Of a stretch of DNA of 64,000 bases, positions 57,157 through 64,000 are shown piece after piece. The stretch is taken from contig NZ_CANKXG010000002.1 in assembly GCF_947487575.1 (NCBI RefSeq), forward strand, positions 167,179 to 231,178. Reading direction: 5' to 3'. Source of the stretch: an uncultured Algibacter sp. (GTDB lineage Bacteria; Bacteroidota; Bacteroidia; Flavobacteriales; Flavobacteriaceae). Position 1 is the first letter of the stretch; each line of letters begins with the position of its first letter. A program made the translations under genes and the position numbers. Under the pieces are notes generated by a model. The model ran no database searches. It saw nothing but the letters and a program-made list of their open reading frames with translations, and was not told where the DNA came from.

Positions 57157-59028
57157 TTACAAAGTCAACTGAAAACCTAATCTAGCATTTCTTCCTTTTG
57201 TAGTAAATCCTAAAATTTCTTCATAATCTTCATTTAATATATTGTCTATACCTGCAAATACTTTCATATTTTTCATAAGGTTATGACTAAAATATAAATT
57301 AAGCAAACTAAAACTATCAAAAATAACTGGTGTTGCTGGAAAAGTACTAAAATCATTAACCGTTCTATCTGATGTATATTGATAAGATAGTGAAGCAAAT
57401 GAGTTTTCAGATAAATCATATCCTAATTGTAAATTAGCTTTATGCTTTGGAATACCTATAGCAACAGCATCTCTATTTTCTACAAAGGTATAGTTTGCTG
57501 TAACCTTTAAATCCTTAGTAGGTGTAGCATTTACTTCTAACTCTAATCCTTGTGTTTTAATTTTGTTTTCAGCATTCATATATCCTAATGTAAAATCGTA
57601 TATAAAAAAGTTCTCTTCAGTTCTATTAAAATAAAGTGCATTAACTCGTAAATTATTTGATAATTTAAATTCAACCCCACCCTCTATAGTCGTATTTTCT
57701 TCTGGGTCTAATTCTGGATTGGGACCAAAAAACCCGAATAATTGAGTTAATGACGGCGCAATAAACGATGTACTATAAGAACCAAACAATTTAGTATATC
57801 TATCATCAGCATGCTTAATCACATAAGATGGGTTAATATTGTAAGTGAAATGAGACCCATACTCACTATGACTATTTAACCTACCACCTAAATTAACATT
57901 TAAGCCAAAATTTGACACATATACAAAATTTAGGTAAGGATCTATATTTGTAAATATTTCTTCCTCTGCAAACTGTGCTTCATTTTCACTAGCATTTAAA
58001 CCAATAATAGTGTAGAAAGAGTCGTTAAAATTATATTTATTGTAAAGGTCTAAAACTTTGTTTTTAGAAAATGGTTCTGATGGAAAATTAGAAATAAATT
58101 CCCTTTCATATTCGCTAAAAGCAGCATTTAAATTAATACTTCCATTTTTATAACTGAATTTAGAAGATATACCAACTCTAGATTGTTTGCTTTTAAAAAC
58201 ATTAGCAGCATCGAAAAATGCACCACCATCGTATTCAGAATTAATATTAGTAAGATTTCCAAAAATATGTAATGAAAATGCATCGCTAAATCGATATCCT
58301 AAATTTACGTCCAATCCATATTTAGAAAATTTATCTTTTTCATTTTCATCTGTAATTGCTGCAGACATACCATCTGCAAACTGCTGATTTAAAGCAGTAC
58401 GATACGTGAATTTATTTAAAGTTCCACTTATTGCGACACTATTATTAAAATCTGCAATATCATAATCTTGGTCTGATTCAGATTGGTTACTACCTATACT
58501 AGATGCAAACACAGCTTGAATCTTTTCCTTACCTGCCTTTTTAGTTGTAATATTAATAACTGCTGCTGCTGCGCCATTTCCATACAATGTACTAGCAGCT
58601 CCTTTTATAATTTCAATAGATTCTATTTGACTTAAATTCAAAAGTCTAAAATCATACTCGCCATTAAGTTGAGATACATCGCTAACCTGAATACCATCAA
58701 TTAAAACCAATACCTGACGATTACGCCCGCCTCTAACATAAACCCCAAGGTTTTGCCCTGTATTACTTCTACTACCATTAATCTCAATACCAGACTGAGT
58801 GTTAATTAATTCTGAAACCGTTCTTCCTTGATTTCTTTCAATCTCTTGTTTTGAAATCTTAATTACTGTTTTACCTGAATTTTCACGTTTTAAAGCAAAA
58901 CGCGAATCTGTAATAACAACTTCATCAAGTTGCTGTACTTTTGTTGAATCTACCGCTTGTTTTTGTGCAAATCCAAATACCGATATACCAAAACATAGTA
59001 TACCAATAACTTTTGTCTTTTTGTTCAT
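57157..59028 (-). CDS. btuB: TonB-dependent receptor, probable cobalamin transporter
   Basis: LDEVVIT, plug RGG...VLVLIDG, IESIEIIKGA.STLYG, C-terminal GR....G...L; downstream of a cobalamin riboswitch. Confidence 0.82.
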   Translation of the reverse strand: MNKKTKVIGILCFGISVFGFAQKQAVDSTKVQQLDEVVITDSRFALKRENSGKTVIKISKQEIERNQGRTVSELINTQSGIEINGSRSNTGQNLGVYVRGGRNRQVLVLIDGIQVSDVSQLNGEYDFRLLNLSQIESIEIIKGAASTLYGNGAAAAVINITTKKAGKEKIQAVFASSIGSNQSESDQDYDIADFNNSVAISGTLNKFTYRTALNQQFADGMSAAITDENEKDKFSKYGLDVNLGYRFSDAFSLHIFGNLTNINSEYDGGAFFDAANVFKSKQSRVGISSKFSYKNGSINLNAAFSEYEREFISNFPSEPFSKNKVLDLYNKYNFNDSFYTIIGLNASENEAQFAEEEIFTNIDPYLNFVYVSNFGLNVNLGGRLNSHSEYGSHFTYNINPSYVIKHADDRYTKLFGSYSTSFIAPSLTQLFGFFGPNPELDPEENTTIEGGVEFKLSNNLRVNALYFNRTEENFFIYDFTLGYMNAENKIKTQGLELEVNATPTKDLKVTANYTFVENRDAVAIGIPKHKANLQLGYDLSENSFASLSYQYTSDRTVNDFSTFPATPVIFDSFSLLNLYFSHNLMKNMKVFAGIDNILNEDYEEILGFTTKGRNARLGFQLTL

Positions 59029-59111
59029 TTTAATGAATAATTACTCGAGAATCGTATGGATTATCATACGCAAACTTCTATCCCGAAAGTTTAACTTATT
59101 TGTTTTGAAAA

Positions 59112-59292
59112 TGGCAGGTCTCCTGACTTGCGTCTTCATGTTGGTCTTCCCAAAGATTGCTCTTCAGTGACATTGAAGTTGAACATGAAGCTTTGTAGCT
59201 CACAGTTGCGGGAACAGTTCTGGAATTGATTAAAAATTCTCACCAGATTCCCTTTTAATCCGTTCAATTAAAATTGAACAAGAACCAAAATT
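59112..59292 (-). ncRNA. Cobalamin riboswitch
   Basis: Minus strand AAAAGGGAATCTGGTGAGAA..CCAGAACTGTTCCCGCAACTGT..GTCACTG..GGGAAG..AGTCAGGAGACCTGCC; -7 box TACTTTTG at 59298-59305. Confidence 0.92.
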
Positions 59293-59514
59293 CGCTGCAA
59301 AAGTAGATGTTTTTAGTATAAGTAGATAAACAAACTTTACTTTTTCTTATTCAATTTATAAACAAGATAAATAAAGCCAATAAGAAAATGAGCTATTATA
59401 ACTCCACCTACTATATATATTGTTAAATTTGAACCGTCTCGCATAGGTTTTATGTTTATTTACAAAATTAAAAACCTAAAAGGTTTTAATTTGCTACAAA
59501 TGTTACATCATTAT

Positions 59515-60663
59515 ATGAAGTTTAATTATTGTCTATTATTCATTGTTTTTGTTTTTTTTAACTGTAAAAGTGAACCTTCAAAAAAACTCAAAGAAAATAT
59601 TACAGGTATTTCAATCAAACTTAAATATGCTAAAGGATTTTCAATAAAAAAGTATGAAACGCACAAAATTTTAGAAGTAAAAAAACCTTGGCCAGAAGCA
59701 AATAGAAGCTATAGGTTTGCTTTACTAGAAAACAATTATGACGCTGATTATTGGATTTATGAAAGAGAACGCTTTGATAATACCATAGCATTACCAATTC
59801 AAAAAATAGTAGTCACATCTACAACCCATATCCCTGCTTTAGAATTATTGGGAGTTGAACAAACCCTAGTTGGATTTCCTGGAACGGATTATATTTCATC
59901 TGAAAAAATAAGACAACAAATAAACAAAGGAAACATAAGAGAACTTGGAAAAAACGAAAGTTTAAATACAGAAGTGCTTTTAGAATTAAACCCCGAATTG
60001 GTTGTTGGTTTTGGTATTGATGGCAACAATCGCTCCTTAGAAACTATTAAAAAATCTGGAATTCCAGTAATTTTTAATGGCGATTGGATTGAAGAATCTC
60101 CTTTAGCTAAAGCGGAATGGATAAAATTTTTTGGAGCTTTATACAATAAAGAAAAAGAAGCTGATTCTATTTTTAATCGAATAGAAAAAGGATATTTAGA
60201 AGCTAAAAAGTTAGCCGAAAATGTAAAACACAAACCCACTATTTTAAGTGGCGCCATGCATGCTGATATTTGGTATTTACCAAACGGAACAAGTACTGAA
60301 GCACAACTTTTAAAAGACGCCAATGTAAATTATCTTTGGAGTGATACAAAAGGCTCTGGGAGTTTAAAATTAAATTTTGAATCTGTTTTTGTAAAAGCAA
60401 AGGATGCTGATATTTGGCTTAGCCCTTCAAATTATTCAAGTCTAGAAGCTTTGAAAAATGGCAATCAAAATCATACTATGTTTAATGCATTTCAAAATAA
60501 AAACATATATACATTCACCAATACCACTGGGGATTCTGGGGGTGTTTTATATTACGAATTAGGAATGACAAGACCCGATTTAGTACTCAAAGATTTGATG
60601 AAAATTTGTCATCCAGAACTATTAGAAAATTATAAGTTATACTTTTATAAACCATTAAAATAA
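59515..60663 (+). CDS. ABC substrate-binding lipoprotein (BtuF/FepB-like)
   Basis: Lipobox FFN-C from Met at 59515; YAKGFSI, STTHI, E..PLAKAEWIK, RPDLVLKD. Confidence 0.85.
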   Translation: MKFNYCLLFIVFVFFNCKSEPSKKLKENITGISIKLKYAKGFSIKKYETHKILEVKKPWPEANRSYRFALLENNYDADYWIYERERFDNTIALPIQKIVVTSTTHIPALELLGVEQTLVGFPGTDYISSEKIRQQINKGNIRELGKNESLNTEVLLELNPELVVGFGIDGNNRSLETIKKSGIPVIFNGDWIEESPLAKAEWIKFFGALYNKEKEADSIFNRIEKGYLEAKKLAENVKHKPTILSGAMHADIWYLPNGTSTEAQLLKDANVNYLWSDTKGSGSLKLNFESVFVKAKDADIWLSPSNYSSLEALKNGNQNHTMFNAFQNKNIYTFTNTTGDSGGVLYYELGMTRPDLVLKDLMKICHPELLENYKLYFYKPLK

Positions 60664-61695
60664 TTGTCAAATAAAAAAACATATCACAAATCCTTTATAG
60701 CACTATTAGCTATTCTAATCTTTTGTTTTTTTATTAATATTAGTTTAGGCTCTGTGTCCATTCCTTTAAAAGATATATTTAATAGCCTTATTAATAATGC
60801 AACAGAACAAGAAACTTGGCAACATATTATCCAAAACTACAGATTACCAAAAGCCATAACCGCAATTATTGTAGGCTCAGGGTTAGGCATTTCTGGCTTG
60901 CTTATGCAAACCTTGTTTAGAAATCCATTAGCTGGCCCTTTCGCTTTAGGAATAAGCTCTGGTGCTAGTTTGGGGGTTGCTCTTGTAATACTAGGTTCTA
61001 GTTTTTTTGGTGGTGTTCTGGCATCACTTTTTATTTCAAAATGGGGCATTGTTATTGCCGCAAGTTTAGGAAGCTTTTTGGTGTTGTTAGCCGTTTTGGC
61101 AGTTTCCATAAAAGTAAGAGACACTATGGCTATTCTTATTATTGGACTCATGTTTGCAAGTATTACAGCAGCAATTGTTAGCGTGCTTTCTTATTTTGGC
61201 TCTGCAGAACAATTACAGCAATATATTTTCTGGGGATTCGGTAGTTTAGGGAATTTAACTTGGCACGATATTCTCATTTTGTTGTTTATTTATGGATTAG
61301 GAATCATTATAAGTGTTCTATCTATAAAACCTTTAAACACGTTACTTTTAGGAGAAAATTATGCCAAAAGCTTAGGGCTAAATATTAAGCAAAGTCGCCT
61401 AATAATAATTATAGCCACAAGTTTACTAGCCGGAACGATTACAGCTTTTACTGGCCCTATTGCTTTTATTGGTTTAGCAATTCCTCATATAACTAGGCAG
61501 GTTTTCAATACATCAAATCACAAAATACTATTACCAGCAGTTTTTATACTTGGCGCCATTGTCATGCTTATTTGCGATAGCATAGCTCAATTACCAAATA
61601 GTGATTATACGCTACCTATCAATGCTATTACATCGCTAATTGGTGCTCCTGTTGTTATTTGGTTATTAGTTAGAAAACGTAAAATGGTGTTTTAA
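60664..61695 (+). CDS. FecCD/BtuC-family ABC permease
   Basis: YRLPKA, LFRNPLAGP..LGISSGA, GE.YA.SLG, GPIAFIGL..PH. Confidence 0.9.
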   Translation: MSNKKTYHKSFIALLAILIFCFFINISLGSVSIPLKDIFNSLINNATEQETWQHIIQNYRLPKAITAIIVGSGLGISGLLMQTLFRNPLAGPFALGISSGASLGVALVILGSSFFGGVLASLFISKWGIVIAASLGSFLVLLAVLAVSIKVRDTMAILIIGLMFASITAAIVSVLSYFGSAEQLQQYIFWGFGSLGNLTWHDILILLFIYGLGIIISVLSIKPLNTLLLGENYAKSLGLNIKQSRLIIIIATSLLAGTITAFTGPIAFIGLAIPHITRQVFNTSNHKILLPAVFILGAIVMLICDSIAQLPNSDYTLPINAITSLIGAPVVIWLLVRKRKMVF

Positions 61696-62489
61696 TGAAA
61701 AACAATAACCAACATATCATTTTAAAGACCGAAGATTTATCCATTGGTTACACTTCAAAAAAAGCAAAAACTATTGTTGCCTCAAATATCAATATTGAAT
61801 TGCATAAAGGAGAATTTGTTGGACTAATCGGCGCCAATGGCATTGGAAAATCTACTTTAATAAGAACATTAACTCAAGTTCAAGCACCTTTAAATGGTTC
61901 TATTCATTTAAACAAAAAAAATGTAGTAGACTATAACCCTTTGGACTTGGCAAAAGTGATGAGTTTGGTTTTAACCGAACAAATAGCTTCAAAAAATTTA
62001 TCGGTTTTTGAATTGGTGGCTTTAGGAAGACAACCTTATACCAATTGGGTTGGAAATTTATCTAGAAATGATATCGAAATTGTTGATAAAGCATTAATAC
62101 AAACAAACTTATGTGATTTAAAAACCAAAAAATGTTTTGAACTTAGCGATGGCCAATTACAAAAAGTAATGATTGCACGAGCTTTAGCCCAAGACACAGA
62201 TTTAATTATTCTAGATGAACCTACTACACATCTAGATATGTACCATAAAGCATACATATTAAAGTTACTTCAAAAACTTGCTAAAGAAACGAATAAAACT
62301 ATTTTATTTTCATCTCATGAGATAGATTTAGCTATTCAGCTTTGTGATAAAATGATTGTTATGACCGATAAAGAAGTGGTTTCGGATGAACCTTGCAACT
62401 TAATTGCGAAGGGCACCTTTGAAACCTTATTCCCTAAAGACTTGATTTCATTTGATGAAACCACAGGAACATTTCGAGTAATGAATTAA
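61695..62489 (+). CDS. ABC ATP-binding protein (FepC/BtuD-like)
   Basis: GANGIGKST, LSDGQLQK, LDEPTTHLD, SSHE. Confidence 0.92.
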   Translation: MKNNNQHIILKTEDLSIGYTSKKAKTIVASNINIELHKGEFVGLIGANGIGKSTLIRTLTQVQAPLNGSIHLNKKNVVDYNPLDLAKVMSLVLTEQIASKNLSVFELVALGRQPYTNWVGNLSRNDIEIVDKALIQTNLCDLKTKKCFELSDGQLQKVMIARALAQDTDLIILDEPTTHLDMYHKAYILKLLQKLAKETNKTILFSSHEIDLAIQLCDKMIVMTDKEVVSDEPCNLIAKGTFETLFPKDLISFDETTGTFRVMN

Positions 62490-62599
62490 GCATTCTTACT
62501 TCTGTTAATTTTTACTATATTTACATATCTGAAAATCAAAACATTACCTTTTCTCTCCTTTTTTAAATGATTTTCAAATCGAACTTAAAAACTAATTTA

Positions 62600-64000
62600 A
62601 TGAAATCATTAAAATTTATTTTGCCTGTTTTTGGGCTATTGTTGTGCTTTAATTGTAAAAACCCTAAACCTAATCCAGCATTAGCATCTATCGATTTTCA
62701 AAGAGGCGATTTACTATTATGTGGCAGTGGCCAATTTGGTGAATTAAAATTTTCACTTTCCTGTGATTATGAAACCAGAAAAGCATTTGATTTAGCTGTA
62801 GCTTTACTACATTCATTTCAATATAGCGAATCTGAAAAAGCATTTGTAAAAGTGATTGATGCAGACCCTAATTGCCCAATGGCATATTGGGGCGTTGCTA
62901 TGAGTATTTATCATGCTGCATGGTTCCCTCCTTCCAATGAAGATTTAATTAAAGGCTCAGCTGTTTTGAAAATTGCCAAAGAATTATCGATGGATGAAAA
63001 GCAAAGAGATTATATTAATGCTATTGATGCCTTTTATACCAATTGGGAGACTATAGACCATAAAACAAGAGCCAAAAGGTTTGAAAATAAAATGGAAGCT
63101 ATTCACTTAAAATATCCCGAAGATATTGAAGCAGCCATTTTTTATTCCTTAGCATTATTTTCTACAAGAGATAGAGTTGGTAAAGCATTTAAAAATGAAA
63201 GAAAGGCAGGGAAAATTCTTGAAGGCTTATTTGCCGAGAATCCAAACCACCCAGGGATTGCACACTATATAATTCATAATTATGACAACCCTGTATTAGC
63301 TCAAAAAGGATTAGAAACGGCACGTAGATATGCCAGTATTGCTCCATCTTCAGCTCATGCGCAACATATGCCATCACATATTTTTACCAGATTAGGCATT
63401 TGGCAAGAGTCTATAACATCTAATTTATTATCGAGTGAAAGCTCAAGGTGTTATGAAGAAGCTGCAAATTTATCTGGAGCACATTTTGAAGAAATTCATG
63501 CCATTGATTATTTAGTGTATGCCTATATACAAAAAGGAGATAATTCAAGTGCTGAAGAACAATATAGTATAATAAAGAATAAAAAAGTTTTTTATCCTAT
63601 GATGCTAACCGCTGTAACTTATCCTTTAACAGCTATTCCTGCAAGACTAGCCTTAGAAAACAAAAATTGGGAACGCGCTGCTCGTCTTACTTTACAAGAT
63701 GTAGAACTAGATTGGGATAAATTTCCGTGGCAAAAAGCTATACATCACTTTGCAGTAGCAATGGGAGCAGTAAATACAAATGATTTTAAAACTGTTGAAT
63801 CTGAAATTGAAATATTGAAAAGTTTACATAAAAACTTAATAGACCAAAATGATAAAACAAAAGCCATTCAAGTTAAACTAGTTGAAATACAAATTAAAAC
63901 AACACAAGCTTGGCTAAGTTTTAGAAAAAATGATTCAAAAAGTGGCCTTGCATTAATGCAAGAAGCTACCGAAATAGAACGACACACAAGCAAACACCCT
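62600..64000 (+). CDS. TPR-like lipoprotein, 3' truncated by the window end (not in ORF track)
   Basis: Manual translation MKSLKFILPVFGLLLCFN-C..., AYWGVAM, NHPGIAHYIIHNYD, AHAQHMPSHIF; open frame where checked. Confidence 0.8.
   Translation, partial: MKSLKFILPVFGLLLCFNCKNPKPNPALASIDFQRGDLLLCGSGQFGELKFSLSCDYETRKAFDLAVALLHSFQYSESEKAFVKVIDADPNCPMAYWGVAMSIYHAAWFPPSNEDLIKGSAVLKIAKELSMDEKQRDYINAIDAFYTNWETIDHKTRAKRFENKMEAIHLKYPEDIEAAIFYSLALFSTRDRVGKAFKNERKAGKILEGLFAENPNHPGIAHYIIHNYDNPVLAQKGLETARRYASIAPSSAHAQHMPSHIFTRLGIWQESITSNLLSSESSRCYEEAANLSGAHFEEIHAIDYLVYAYIQKGDNSSAEEQYSIIKNKKVFYPMMLTAVTYPLTAIPARLALENKNWERAARLTLQDVELDWDKFPWQKAIHHFAVAMGAVNTNDFKTVESEIEILKSLHKNLIDQNDKTKAIQVKLVEIQIKTTQAWLSFRKNDSKSGLALMQEATEIERHTSKHP

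Noticed and set aside
164-63377. Antisense ORFs of 60-170 aa overlapping long genes (e.g. 164-382, 5020-5541, 16550-16954, 59889-60323, 63189-63377)
   Set aside because: Shadow frames of well-supported genes on the opposite strand; no independent motifs.
1-64000. CRISPR array or cas genes
   Set aside because: No regularly spaced direct repeats with unique spacers; the CHAT protease has no Cas neighbours.

Overview
AT-rich chromosomal window from a Flavobacteriaceae (Bacteroidota) genome. The assignment rests on gene content, TAnnTTTG-type promoters and family-typical repeats. Most of it is housekeeping or conserved: folP-cdaA, truA, rho, rpsT/tRNA-Glu, proS, folE-cysS-yidD, pepD, a DEAD-box helicase, cobB, purB, and a cobalamin-riboswitch BtuB/BtuFCD-like locus. 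Accessory pieces are interspersed. The most notable are: (1) two separate loci with the same integron-like architecture (promoter overlapping TTCGTTTAAC, hairpin, cassette, attC-like site, GTTAAACGAA, then a Flavo-1-like repeat), one carrying a 326-aa orphan gene and one a 122-bp gene-less cassette, with no integrase in the window; (2) an ECF sigma / membrane TPR anti-sigma-like / exported CHAT protease operon; (3) a 2.6-kb VOC + alginate-lyase islet bounded by a 72-bp duplication of the 3' end of an M48 peptidase gene; (4) several families of REP/MITE-like palindromes, one inside a coding sequence next to a small GIY-YIG nuclease gene. All calls come from reading the sequence and from motif recall; no database searches were run.
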